DNA of 64,000 bases from Harriotta raleighana. Lineage: Eukaryota. The first letter of the stretch is position 1. Every line of letters begins with the position of its first letter. Both the position numbers and the translations under genes were made by a program. Below are positions 12,401 to 26,400 of the stretch, piece by piece. The stretch is from assembly GCA_050575255.1 (NCBI GenBank), contig JBNZDD010013599.1, positions 1,739,053 to 1,803,052 on the forward strand. Direction: 5' to 3'. The notes beneath the pieces are model-generated. The model did not search any database. It was not told the origin of the DNA and worked only from the letters and a program-made list of their open reading frames with translations.

Positions 12401-15400
12401 TGCGGGACTTACCGAATTTTGTTTCGAAATTAATTCCTGAAGTGTTAATAAGAAAAGCAGTAATAATCTTTAAAGTACAGTACAGCAAACAGCTCAAATT
12501 AGATTTTCCCTTTCTCACAAGTGCTATGATATGATAAATATTAATAACTGCAGCTCAATTCAGATAAGCCTTGTGTTTTGGATTGTTCTCATTTCGAAAA
12601 TTGAGTCTTTTTTTGATGCTGTGTTTTGCCAATTTATATTTCGTTCAATTTTGTAAAATATGAATATTAGGTCGGAAATGATTCCTTTATCAGGAAAATA
12701 ACATTTTGCAAATATTTAAATGCAGGGTCAGGGTTAGGGTTTGGGATTTTCATCCTGAAAATTAAAAGAGATAAAAAGTTTCCCGTGGATAGAAAAAAAG
12801 TCTTCTCCCCTTCTTGCATATCCATAACGATATTCAGGCCCTTTTCAATACATTGGCTACATTCAAAATGTTCTTGAAAAGTTATTTTCTCTCAGCAAAT
12901 ACAGTTAATGTGTCCTGATGAGTACAGTGTTGGGAGCAGAGTTTTTTCTGGCTGACTTTGACCCGCATTCAATATTTCTAAACCCTTCTTGATTCCCATC
13001 AAGAATGTTAGACCCCAGTTCTGAAGCGTTAGAAAATCACTGGAGCCGACCGGATCAGTCTGTGACAATTCCGTTCCTCCCTCTCGTAACCATCCTTTGT
13101 GCTTCTGAGTGAAGCTCCTGGTTTGGTGCTGAAGTTGGGGGTCTATTTCGTGCTCTGGCTTCACTGGGTAACTGCGTTGAGGCTGCTTAAGCTTGCTTCA
13201 CATAGGACTCTCGCAGCCAACAAGCCAAAGACTTTCACCCAATGTGTTTGAGCGGGGTTGAAAAGCAGGCCTTAAAGAGATGATAAGTGTCATGTTTACC
13301 AACTAGCTCCTTCCACCTACACACACTGTGTCTTCGACCTGTAACTGACATTGGTGGCCAGGATTTCCTGTGCATTCTCTTAGCTTTTCTTGGGGTTTTT
13401 TCCCCCCCACAAGCTGATTTAAGTTTTTTTTTTAGAATTACATTTGCCTCTATAGTTTAGAAAAAAGTACCAAGCCCGTAAGAAGTCTTCTTGTGGTGAA
13501 GAATTCCATGTAAAACCGATTGATTAAGAGGCTAAAAATGCACAAGCTGGCTATCAAGATACTCAGGCAGCTGGTAGCATTTCAGAACAGACCATATAGA
13601 TTGGGACCCAGTCAATAAAATCCTTACTATTGATTCCTTCCCAGAGCTATGAGGGGGGGAACAAACCTTCTCAAATCACTCTGTGGGAATTGCTACGGGG
13701 TGCACTTTATCAAACACTCTTCAGCACACATCCAAATTATATAGAACTATTGACATCTATTTGCTGGACCAATATTGCGATCAGTATCTCGCGGTACAGA
13801 CAGCACCCGCGAACACTTGACTTGTAACTTCCTTCTGTAGCCAGGGAGCAACGTTTGGAGAATGGGATTATCAGAGGGACAATTTCCGCATCACATCACA
13901 CATGTGCGTTTGCTATACGTCAAAACTTGGGGAAAGGCATATTAATACAATACTCTGTTAATAATGTGACATTAGTATGATCCGGTTGATGACGGGGGGA
14001 CTGTTTCGCGCATCTCGTTACCCAGGTGTGTGATTATCTGTATTTTTCGGGCATTGAAGGAATCCAGCATTTAGGTGTATCGTTTGGCATTTAATTCCAG
14101 GCAAATCGTACACCATGATTGGGAAGGATAATTCAACACAAAACCTGGGCGTCATTCCGTGCGCAATATCCTGGCTGTTCAAGCTGATAAATGAACGCAA
14201 GGAGAAGACGGGCACTCGCTTCTCGGTCAGGGTGTCGGCTGTCGAGATCTGGGGCAAGGAGGAAAACCTTGGGGATCTGTTATCTGAAGCAGCCACGGGC
14301 AGTCTTCAAGATGGCCAGTCTCCCGGTGTCTACCTCAGAGAGGATCCAATCTGCGGAACTCAGGTACTTAAACTATCAAATATTATTACTGTTACAGCTG
14401 CGTTTCCGAGCCTTTTGATGTGCCTTCTCAACTTCTACCATTTCACATTCAATCGAGCGAGCCTTGATATTTTCCGGATGTGTTTCAACTATGTTTTAAA
14501 TGGCGTTGTCTCACTCTTCGTCTCTTTTTTTCTTCTCTGCCTTACCTTTTCATCCCGGCTCCCTTGGTGTGCATATATTTGCTATTAATTGCCCAAGAGA
14601 GTCGAATGTGTCGAGCCGAGAACTAAACCCTCTTCCAATTAGCGACAATTTTTCCTCTTCACACCCAGCTTCAGAATCAAAGCGAGTTGAGAGCCCCCAC
14701 AGCAGAGAAGGCAGCCTACTTCCTTGATGCTGCAATCGCCTCCAGAAGGACCAGTGGGCCCGATTGCGACGAAGAGGAAAGACGAAACTCGCACATGCTC
14801 TTCACTCTCCATATCTACCAATACCGGATGGAAAAGACTGGCAAGGGGGGAAGTACGTTCATTATCCTCCCGATTAATCGCTGAGCAGCGAATTCGTAAT
14901 TTTCCCAAATCAATTCTGGGTGGGGGGGGCTGCGTGAGTGTATGGAACCACAGATAGAACAGCTGCAAGCGTTTTACCAGTGATAATTGACTGCTAGCGT
15001 CTTGACATCTGAGAAAACTTCCCCATTTGCCTTGTCATTAATATTTCACGCGGGTGAGGTAGCCTCCGCTGCATTTCATTGTGTTTCTTCGATCGAATAA
15101 CGCGAAGATGTCTTAATTGGGCTTGTTGGCTCTTTGCTCTGCCCGTTGCAGTGTCGGGCGGACGCAGTCGCCTGCACCTCATCGATTTGGGGAGCTGCGA
15201 AAAGGTTCTGAGCAAGAGCCGGGATGGCGGAGGCGGCGGTGGCGGTGGTGGTGGACTCTGTCTGTCACTCTCAGCTCTAGGCAATGTCATTTTGGCGTTG
15301 GTCAATGGCGCTAAGCACATTCCATACAAGTAAGTGACACATTATACATGGGAATTAGCATAACTTCAGAGCTCATATAAATGCAAATTCTGAGGGAAGC

Positions 15401-18400
15401 ATTTTGTTACAGGAATTGGAAGGCCATGGAGAAATCGGAAGCCGTGTGTGTGTGTGTGTGTGTGTGTGGGTGTGGGTGTGTGTGTGTGTTTTGTTTGAAT
15501 TTAAAAAATCAATATTTTTTTTGGCCTTCACACCAAATTTCTAATCTGGGAGAATTGAAAGTTAATTTATTCTTTATGTAAATTTTTCGCTTTACGTTGA
15601 AGGTATGTGCTGTGGGACTCTGTTCTGCGTACGCTAAACAGCCTTGTTGTTCCCTTCCCTTAAAAGTGACTGTATCACATCCCTAGACAGTGAATATCAG
15701 TACACCGTCCTCTCTAATATGGGAGGCATCAGAAACTTTGCCCGAAACTTTTCTTTAACCAACTCTCACACTTGTACCTTTCCTGAAAGGGATCTAATTG
15801 AGCAGAACCTTCCCTTAGGAGGTAAAATTGGCGGATGGATTCCACAATGAGATGGATTGGGACTTTTCCATATGCTGTAGGGAAGACTTTTGGTGAATAG
15901 GCCAAATGGACTTTGTCTCATTCCAGGCTTATCTTGTGTATAAGCAAAGTTAGCCAATAGATTCTATTTTGAAACAGATGATTTTCTACCTTTCTGGTTT
16001 TGAGGTACAGAAGGTAAATAAAAATATTGCAAGTACTGTACTAGCCTACGTCAAACACTAATGCAGCAACAAGTATAGAGGATTTCAAAATAGCCAGCTG
16101 ATTTTCTAATAGTTACTTCATCTCTGTCCTGTGTAACTGACTGTGTTTGTTTCACTGTTACTCTAGAGATAGCAAGCTTACGATGCTGCTGAGAGAGTCA
16201 CTGGGAAATATCAACTGTCGAACAACCATGATCACTCATATCTCTGGCTCTCCAGCCAACTATGCAGAAACCCTTACCAGCATCCAGCTTGCTGCACGAA
16301 TTCATCGAATGAGAAAGAAAAAATCCAAGGTCAGTGACCTCACTCTCTCTCTCTCTTTCTCTCTCTCTGTGAATTGTTTCTCATCTAAACCCCTTTTCAC
16401 TGTGAATGGCATTTAAAAGCGCCTCCCGTCATCGAGAGTTGTCGCGGCTTAAACTCACAGCTGTGCTATTCGTACGTCAAACGTTAATTTGAGCATTTTA
16501 TCTTTTATCTCAAGTCATTGGCTTTTTTGTTTCTTCTTCTTCTTCTTCGCTCGCGCCAGTATGCCTCGAGCTCCTCTGGAGGGNATGTTTCTTCTTCTTC
16601 TTCGCTCGCGCCAGTATGCCTCGAGCTCCTCTGGAGGGGAGAGTTCGTGCGAAGAAGGTCGGATTCGAAGGCCACCTCACCTGAGACCCTTCCACCCGAG
16701 GACTATAGCTCTTGACCCAGAGCTGCCTGCGTTGGGACTATCCAGTGACCCGGACTACTCCTCAAGCAGTGAACAATCGTGCGACACAGTTATTTACGTT
16801 GGTCCTGACGGAGCCGTGTTGTCTGATCGGGATCTCACCGACAACGAGGGACCCCCAGAGTTCGTGCCTATCATCCCTTCTCTGAACAAGCGATACGACG
16901 GGAAGAGAGGCAGGGAAACTGCCGCCGGCGGGAAGAGCACCGAAAAGGACTATTTCAAATGCAACACGTTTGCGGAATTACAAGAGAGGTTGGAGTGTAT
17001 CGACGGCAGCGAAGAGCCCCTGAAGTTTCCCGCCGAACAGGGACTTTTCCAAAGCAGCACGAGTCCAATTTCACTCCAGGGATGGGTGGAGAGCGGCCTA
17101 GCCACACCGGGCCAGGAGAGACCTCAAGCTGTGGCGGCCGGGCCGGAGAACGGATCCCCGCGTCCGTCTGGGAAACAGCCTTCGAACGAGGCCGTGTCTT
17201 CTCCCAAGCAGAGGCCGGCTGGGCCTCCTCAGGCGCCCGAAGAGCAGGGGAACGTGACCCCCGCGATGATCCCACCCCGGCCCGACACAACCGAACGCTC
17301 AAGCCCGCAAGCCCAAGCCGAGGGGAGCCGAGTGGAATTAAGCAGCGACGACGGCGGAACGGATGGAAGCCACAGGGCAATGGCGGCGGCCTCGCGGGCG
17401 CCCGGATCGAACTGCCCGAGAGCACGAGAGCTCGCCGCGGGCGCGCCCGCCTCCGCCGTGAGGGAGAAATCGTTGCTCTACAGGCGGCCTCTGCCGAGCC
17501 CCGCTCCGCCGCCCCCACAGGCGAAGGAGGACGCGGCGAGGGTCTGTCCGGAACTCGAGGCCGGGTGTGTGGGCCGCACGCCTCCGGTAGGAATGAGCTG
17601 CCAGGTGTCGAGCAAGCGAGAGTGGGTTGCCGCGGGAGCGGCTGCCTCGCGCTGGCGGTCTGGGGCGAGAGACGGAGGCCACTTGAGGTCGGCGTTGAGG
17701 AGCGGCTGCATCGACCGAGACGCGCTGACGGCCACTGTGACCTTGCAGCAGCCCGTGGAGCTGAACGGAGAGGACGAGCTGGTGTTTACAGTGGTCGAGG
17801 AGCTGTCGTTCGGCGACGTCCTGGACAGCGGCCGACCGGCCAGCATCATGAGCTTCAACAGTGATTGTTCGCTTCAGGCTCTGGCCTCGGGTTCGCGGCC
17901 CGTCAGCATTATCAGCAGCATTAACGATGACTTTGAAGCTTATACCTCGCCGGCCGCCCACCCTGGGGTAAACGTTGACATTGGAATGCCACTCGCGGAG
18001 GCTTCCTTTTGCAGCAATAGCAGGCGTTCATCGATCAGCTCCTGGCTCAGCGAAGTAAGCGTTTGCACTCTGGAAAGTGAGTGCGCCCAGTCCTCCGATG
18101 GTTTGGAGGCCCAATCGTGCTGCGGCTGTGGAGCGAGGTCTCTCGGGCCTTTTAACTTGGATTCACCCGACGAGATGCAAGACATGAACGTGTCACTGCC
18201 ACACACTCCGAAGAGCCCACTGGACGACAGTGGATTCTGCCTCCCTGAACTGCAGAGCGAAGGCGTGGGTTCCAGCAAGCTTGCCGTGGACGGACACAGA
18301 AGCTCCGATGCCTTAGGTTCACCCAAAGCCGCTTCGAGCAAATCCCCGGCTGAGGCCTCAGTGATGACAGCCGGCCCAGGGATCTGCGAAGAGGTTCCTC

Positions 18401-21400
18401 TAAGCCACTGTAGTCTTCCCAGCAGCAGGAAAGTAAAACCTACCTCATCCGTGAGCCACAGTTGCAGCACTGTGAACTGCGCCGACGCACAAAGGCAGGA
18501 AAGCAAACTCTCGGACCCTTGGTTGAGGCGGACAAACGGCCAACTGGAACCCAAAGCAGGCGATCAAACTCTTCCAGCTAAAACCTCCCCTAGATCCGGA
18601 AACAGCCTTCAGGCGAAGCCGCAGATGAAGGCGGCCCAGAGCAACAAATCCTCCTCCGCCGTTTCCTGCCCCCACCGCGTGGTGGACGGGTGCGAGATGG
18701 CCACCAGATCCAACGGCGCGAGCGTCAGGAAGTGCGAGGGGCCGGGGCGAGCCTCGCCGCTCAAGAAAGGGAGCGCGGCCGTGGCCACGATGCCGATGAT
18801 GCACACCAGCTCCAACGTGGGCGCCGTCCCCAAGAGCCAACTGGATTACGCCGCCGTCACCGGCAGCTTGAAATCGACCGGCGGGAGGAAAACCTCGCCG
18901 CCCAAGGCCAGCATGCTGCCGAGGCCGAGTGGGACGCCCCCGGCTCCGCCCGTCCGCAAGTCCAGTTTGGATCTGAAAAACAGAGCCGGGCCGCTGGTCG
19001 GCGTCCAGAAAAGCCCGGCTCCCGAGACAGCCACGGCCACCTCGCCCAAGCCAGAGGACGACGTCGACGGCGGACCAAAGGCGGCGGCCGGCCTGGGCGA
19101 AGGCGGAGCGGGCAGAGCGGCAAACGGGAAACCTGACCAGGCCGGGGCTAAAACCGCTCCCAACCCCAAGTCGAAGTTGCCGAAGCCCGAAGCCGCCCAG
19201 CGCTGCGGGAGCCAGGCTTCGCTGGAGAGGTGCGACGGGGTGTGCTCGCTGGCTTCCAAGGGCGGAGCGCTCAAGGAAGGCGGTCACCCGGGCAACGGCA
19301 GCGGCCGGCCCGGCCGATCGGTGCCGCGGCTCGGCGTGTCGCCCTCGGCTCCGGCCGTCTCCTCCCCGGCCGCGCCCGCGGCCCTCGGACCGGCTAAATC
19401 CGTTCAAAGCAAATGTGCTTCCAACCCCAAGCTGGTGGCGGTGGTGTCGGCGGGTAAGTGCCGGAGCCTGTCCACGAGTGGGGCCAAGGCGCTGACCACC
19501 TCGGTGAGGTCGTTGACCCAGGCGATAGGCCGCAGTTCCAGCGTTCCGCCGAACGGCAAAGCCCTGCCTCGCTCGGCCCAGCCGGCGATCGGCAAACCCG
19601 GGAAAGGAACCATCATGGGGACGAAGCAGGCGGTCCGGGCGGCCAACAGCCGCGTGTCCGAGCTGGCCTCCGGGGCCTGCGGCGGGAAAGTGGGCCACTC
19701 GAGAGCATCGGCGGACTCCGACAGTGGCAATGACAGCGGGGTGAACCTCGGCGAGGGGAAGTCCCAGACGCCCGTCTTGCCGTCTCCGTACAGCAAAATC
19801 ACCGCTCCCCGCCGCCCTCAGCGCTACAGCAGCGGGCACGGAAGTGACAACAGCAGCGTCCTCAGCGGAGAGCTGCCCCCGGCCATGGGACGAACCGCCC
19901 TCTTCTACCACAGCGGCGGCAGCAGCGGCTATGAGAGCATGATTCGGGACAGCGAAGCCACCGGCAGCGCTTCCTCAGCTCACGACTCCATGAGCGAAAG
20001 CGGGCTGTCTTCGGCCGGCCGCAACAGGAGTTCGCGATCCCCCAAGAAACGCACGACAGGTTAGTTTCCTCTCCCTGGGAAGGGGACGGCAGACACCCCG
20101 CGGAAATCAGACGCTGGGAAAAACACCAGCAGGAGATCAGGCAGCATCTGTGGAGAGAGGAATATTAGTGGAAGGGAGGGAGGGAGGGAGTCAGTGTTTC
20201 AAAAATTGTTTAAATTAGGGAAAATATACGACAACAAAATTGCTAAATTTGTTTCGCACTTTTCACGTCAGCATTTATGGAAATGAAGTTGGTTTTAGTT
20301 TCTATACATGTCACTTTTGTGTCTTAAATAATAATCCTTGCATTTGATATAGCGCTTTTCACATCTTATCAACGTCCCAAAGCGCTTCACAGAATATACT
20401 GTAATGTTTTTTATCAGGTGGGCAAAGTACAACCAGCTGTAAGACTAAAATTCCCTGTTGTCCACATCAAGCATATCCCCTACCTAACCTCAGATCACAC
20501 TATACCAGGGCAGTTACATCTGAATTGATTCAAAGGTATAGATAGGAGTCCCACGAGTGCAGAGCAGAAGCAAGAACAGATGAGAAATGATGCGTTTGTA
20601 TTTTTTCCCCTAATCTAGTTGAAAGAGAAATGGATTGTTTTGAGTACTGCAAAGTACTGATACCACACTTCACAATGAACCCTGTGCAATGCTTTGAGAT
20701 GTTCTCCCGATGTGCAAGGCGTTATAGTGAATGCAGGATTTTAAAAATGTACAGTATGTATTTACGATGACAGCTTTGAAATGGAGAAGGGGTATTTATT
20801 GTTTTACGACAAAAGAGTCTCTAGCGATCGAGCAACGAGTGAATAATTACGACAATCGTCACGTACGTTTGTTGGATCGCACCTTTCAAAACAACGGCTT
20901 GAGGTATGGAAGGTTCCATTTGTGAAGGAAGTTTCACACAATTTTTTTTAAAAAACAACTAAAAGTAGCGTCTCGATTCTCAGAGAGGGAATACGAGTAA
21001 TCTGACCCCTTTCTTAAAGAGCGCAGTGTAATTTATACAAGCAGACGCATCGGAGGGAGATGATGTTCGAGCAGGAATGCTCTTCCGAAACATTTTCCTG
21101 ATACTTATCAAGTTCACCCTCGCAATTGTGAGGGAGTTTTAAATGTATTTCAGTCACGTCACTTCACTTGATACGTCTCTCCCCGTTTCTAAAGGAAAGG
21201 AATTGGTGAGCAGAACGATCTCCGCACTGGATATGCTTGGTAGTGTGTACTCCCGACAGCAAAAGGGATTTATTATCGCCCTACATTTTAACTTCTTCCA
21301 TGACTTGTATGTTTTGTTTTTAAAAAAAAACGAGGAAACGTTCATTTTGCTGACTCTACTCTGTACCCTGGCTTTGAAGAACCGGGCTGTTGGGTTGAGG

Positions 21401-22495
21401 AACAACTAATGAGACAGTTAAATATTAGTGCTGTTCAGTTGCATGAAGAAATCTCTTGAGTTATTTTAGATTTCCCCACACCTTACAAGCGCATTGCATT
21501 AATACACGGTATGAAGGGAACACTGACACCATTTACAACAGCAATGATCTGTTGGCTGTTGCGATGTGTGTGCGGATGGGAAGGGTGAACAAAGTCTTCA
21601 GAAACACCATCAGGCCAACATGCAAGGGCAAATCGATGGAAATAATGTGTAAAATCGCTTCCTGAATGCCTGCCCGCCGAATCGAAGTCTTATCCTTACC
21701 CCATAGCCGCACAGCTTCACAAAATATGCCGTGGACTCGACAAAAAAGTGTGGCTTTCCTTCTCTTTTTCAACTAAATCATCAAACGCTACTCACGTGCG
21801 TAATAAAATATCTGAATTCTCATGGGGGCAAGGCTGCTGGTAGCAGGCAACTGTAAGATAGATACAAAATCCCATGGGATAACAGTTGATGTATCGTACA
21901 TGTTTTTTTTTCCTGTGTTCAACTGAGCACACGGCGTAGAAACCCCTATCCTCTGATAAGGGTGCGTTCCTGATGCCAGGAAACCGTAACTAAACGCAGT
22001 GTCTTTTATCACATTATAGGACTGCTTCTTAATTGCGTTGCTTTTCAGTAATAAAAATTTACCGATGCTTTTGGACAAGAAGTCTTTACTAACATCTTTT
22101 TTTCCGCTGAGATAACAGTTGCCAGGGATTCGTTTAGGAAGCTGTGATGTCAACTGAGTGAAGCTGTTACATTTATAGTTTGATTAGGGAAGCCATTTGA
22201 TAGCTATTTATTAGATTTCCTGTGGTTGTGTATTAGCACGAATGCATGTCAAGACGCCGCGCACACAAACGATTTATTATTTATACACTTAGCAAACGGA
22301 ACAACAGACGGTGTGGCATTGCTTTTGTGGGCAGAGCGTAGGATGTGAAGAGCTGAATGTGTACGCAAGTCTTGCATGGTCGCATTCCCCTTGAGACTGT
22401 TTGTTGCTCTCTGTGGAACTTATTTCTACAGTCATTCAGGGTTGTGATTTGAGATCTGGCGCGAACTCCAATTGCTTGTTAAAATGAATATGTCA

Positions 22496-22534
<39 letters not shown>

Positions 22535-23380
22535 GGAGGGGGGAGCGAGGTGCAGTTATTAAGAACACTGACCTTTTACCACGGAGATAAGATTTCAAGC
22601 CAGTCAAGCAAGATCGGATGGAAAATCTCTCTCCCAAAGCTATTATTGGGTCCTAAAAGAGGTTTACTGTTTGGTCAGATTCCCTTTGGACACTCCACAT
22701 CACAAACCCATGGTCATAGTTTAGTAAGTAGGTCATTTCATCGAGCAAGGCCAAAGTGCTGGTGAACAGAGCAATTGGAAATGCCAGCTGGATGGGAGTA
22801 CGGGGTGGTTTTGTGAGATTGAAGTGAAGGAATACTGAATCAATTCGGATGTCGGCTGCCTCACTCATGCAACATCTGACTGGGGAGTTTGGCAGATTAC
22901 ATCTCCAACCTTGTTGTCTTCTACCAAAAAGGTTAAGAGGAAATAACCTTTGAAGGCACAATCCCGTGGCTAATTATAGAGGGAGTAACGTANACACAAG
23001 ACGTGAAATTTTAGAAATCTTGCAAGCAGGTGAGAAAGTTATAAATCCATGGTCAGGGTTGTTTGCAAGCTGTTAGGAGTATTATAAGCAATTCACATGA
23101 AGGCATGATAGGTTTATATGCACTTACATTTGAGATGCTTTAACCCAATGAAATATTGGTCTGGGTGGCATATTCTTCAGTAAGGCTTAGAGCTGCTCTT
23201 TCCTTGATGTTCATTTGAAATATCAAGCCAAGATTTTTTTTGGAAAAAAAATCTTTTGAGAGTACAGTAAAAGTAAATGAATCATTTAGGATTGTCACAT
23301 TCTTTCCACATTCTTATACTGTTAAGCTCTGAAGCCCAATATTTTGTCTCTCTCTTTCTGTTTTTCTTCGTACCACACAC

Positions 23381-23411
<31 letters not shown>

Positions 23412-26400
23412 ATACTAGATGGGTGCACAGATGAAGCAACAATATTTGAGACCTTTGCTTTGGACACACTGAATGCAGCTTGCTTTCAGCCAACTCCTTC
23501 TCCCAATTGCCAAAATAGGCTTGACACTGGTCAGGGAGCGCAAGATGTTTTAAATATTTAATTGTACTTGTAAGACCGTATCCGATGCTTTAGCGGACTG
23601 GGTCTTAAAAATCCCAATTAAAAATCAAAGCAATGCTCTGTGCCCTGGAGAAAGATAGTTGGTGGAGATCCCTCAGGCAGAAATTGTTCTGTAGAAGTGG
23701 TCGAGAGTGTGTGCGTGTGTGGTGGAGGGATAGGTTAAGGCCATTCAGTCCCAAACCCATCATGTAAGACAGCTTTAAAAGTGACATTTTAATCACATTT
23801 TCTGCCCTTGTAATACTTCTGACATACTGCATTGTATTTCCCACCCTCACACCCCCAACCAATCCCAACACTCACATGGTTAGGCGAGAGAGAAAGAGAG
23901 AGAGATCAAGAAAAGTTAGTTTCAAACAAAAGCTTAAGGATAAGGCCTAGGGAGAGTCTTATTGTGGGGTAATCAAGGTTAGTCAAGGTCAAAACCATGA
24001 CAAACAGCTTAAGTCACATGTAAATGAATATTGGATGATGACTATATTGAAATGGGTGGTGGAACTGGCTAAAACAAAACCCACCGAAGTTGCTGGGGGA
24101 AACTCAGCAGGTCAGGCAGCATCCATGGAGAAAGGAAAGGAAAGTTGAGTCAACGTTTCAGGCCCACGACCCTTCGTCAGAACTGGCTTGCTGGGCATTG
24201 CTAGCTTGTTGCCCACTGGCTGAAAATAACACATTGAAGCCTTTCACTGTCTTGTTCATTTGAATATTCCCCCCCGTGCTCCTATAATGAATGGTTTCAT
24301 TCAGGTCGACCAGTAAATCAGGTGAAGTATATTCTTTGCAAGAGGATTAATGGTTAAAGTGAACTTAAAAGCCTTGCCTGCATTGAGCTTCTTATCACAC
24401 CTGATAAGTTTAATACTCTATTTAACCTTATTGCAAAACTGTCTGGTGTAATTATAGCTCTGATATATATATATATATACACACACACACACCTCCTCAT
24501 TCATTATTCCAAGCCTTAATGACTTGAAGCTTTGCAACTTTACGGTAGTCAAATTACAATAAAAGAACAGCACGCACTTTGCGTTTTGACTTTCTACTCC
24601 TTCAAGTTCAACGTTACTTCTTGATGGGCTTGTTCACTTTGCTCTCGTGATCCCGTTAACAGAAATCCATTCTGCTCGACACCATCCGCTTATTAAATGT
24701 TCACGGGACAGTTTTGTCTCACGGAATTTAGTTAGGGGCAAGCAGATACTTGGCAATGTTTACCTTTGGTGTTTGGAAAAGCCTTAAACAATGTAATAAG
24801 TGTCCTGAGAAATATCCTCGCACATTTACTGTTGTCTGGACATGTACCCAGAGTTTTTATTGGAAATATTGGGACTTAATTTGCGGTATTTCCCCCCCCC
24901 TTTTGGGTAAATGTTATTTTAATGGGTATTTCATTATGTAACGGTAAATTTAACAAGGGGAGGAAAATCAACGCTTGATAGCACTGGAAGAAGATGAGGG
25001 GATTCTATGAAAAGTAGGGAATCTTTTCATCTTACATAATGCCAGCCCTGGGAAACTTCACTCTGATACGGTCTGGTTCTGGGACAAATAGAAATTTAAN
25101 TAGTAGGGAATCTTTTCATCTTACATAATGCCAGCCCCGGGAAACTTCACTCTGATACGGTCTGGTTCTGGGACAAATAGAAATTTAACTGGATTCCTGA
25201 AGGAGAAATCCTCCAAATGAGACCCGAGTATTAAGTTAACCAAACGTCTAGAGGGGATACTTTCCTTTCAAGCTGCTCAGTCTGAATAAACGTTTTAAGA
25301 CGTTTGGTTCTTGCTTAAGCATTCCATTCCGTGTCTCGTCTTAACATTTGCATTGACTTGAGGAAGCCCTCTGGTTTTAAAATGACATTTTACAATCATG
25401 TGTACCATTTGCCCACTAAAGACTAGAAGTACCTTAAATCCCTTTACGTGTTCCCTATGTTGGGCAGAGTTTAAACATTCCACATTAAGACTGCCATTGG
25501 GTGTACAAGTGTTTCAGTCACACATTTGCTCTGCTGCGCGATTTAATTTAGCATTGCATTTCCCTAAATGCAGTCAACAAAATGATAATCACATCTTCTA
25601 GACGTCTCAACCAGCTTCACAGGATATACCGTAAAGTGAGTTGACTGAATTAACGCGGGCGAAACGCGGCAGCCAAATGCGCACAGCGACAGTGCCCCAC
25701 AAACAGTAGTGGACTGAATTTNACGATTTAATTTAGCATTGCATTTCCCTAAATACAGTCAACATAATGATAATCACATCTTCTAGATGTCTCAACCAGC
25801 TTCACAGGATATACCGTAAAGTGAGTTGACTGAATTAACGCGGGCGAAACGCGGCAGCCAAATGCGCACAGCGACAGTGCCCCACAAACAGTAGTGGACT
25901 GAATTTAACGTTAGGAATTAGATTAACATTAGGAATTGATCAAGCGACATTTCTAACGAGGCACGAGAGTGACTTAAGAGGCAGTAATCTCACCGAGTGC
26001 TTCAGGTGACATCGGAAACCGTGGCAACGAAGCCAGAGTTATTTGTAATTGCTATCGGAATTACTTGACAGTGTCACAACCTTAAGTCACCCCTGTGTCT
26101 CTGCTCTTTTTACAACGTCTACCTGCAAATTTGGGCAGAATTGGGCATTATGGTAGCCTGGTGTACCCTGTGTGATAGCTGCGAGATAGTGCTGTATTGA
26201 AGAAGTGATGATTGTACAGAAATATCGAGCTATTGTTTATTTGATGTCGTGTGTCGTTCCCCCCCCCACACACACACACACCCCCCACACACACAGGCAT
26301 AGTAGCAAGCCATCGATGGATCCGTCCAGAAGTTAAATCATGTCGAGTGGGAAGGAATTTGAATATCCAAAGGGACAAAGTTCTCAATTACCTCTGGCTG

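Noticed and set aside
12723-12744. Telomere-like cagggtcagggttagggtttggg
   Set aside because: It contains only one perfect TTAGGG and is too short to call an interstitial telomeric array.
16489-16614. N-terminal 42 aa of the 1191-aa ORF
   Set aside because: Intronic polypyrimidine tract plus an N-flanked duplicate of the acceptor. The real exon starts at TAT GCC (16615).
18445-19911. 488-aa antisense ORF and other overlapping ORFs (16959..17864, 17338..17961, 17940..18554)
   Set aside because: These are shadows of the GC-rich, stop-poor KIF26A exon. They are low-complexity Arg/Gly/Ala sequence with no recognisable domain.
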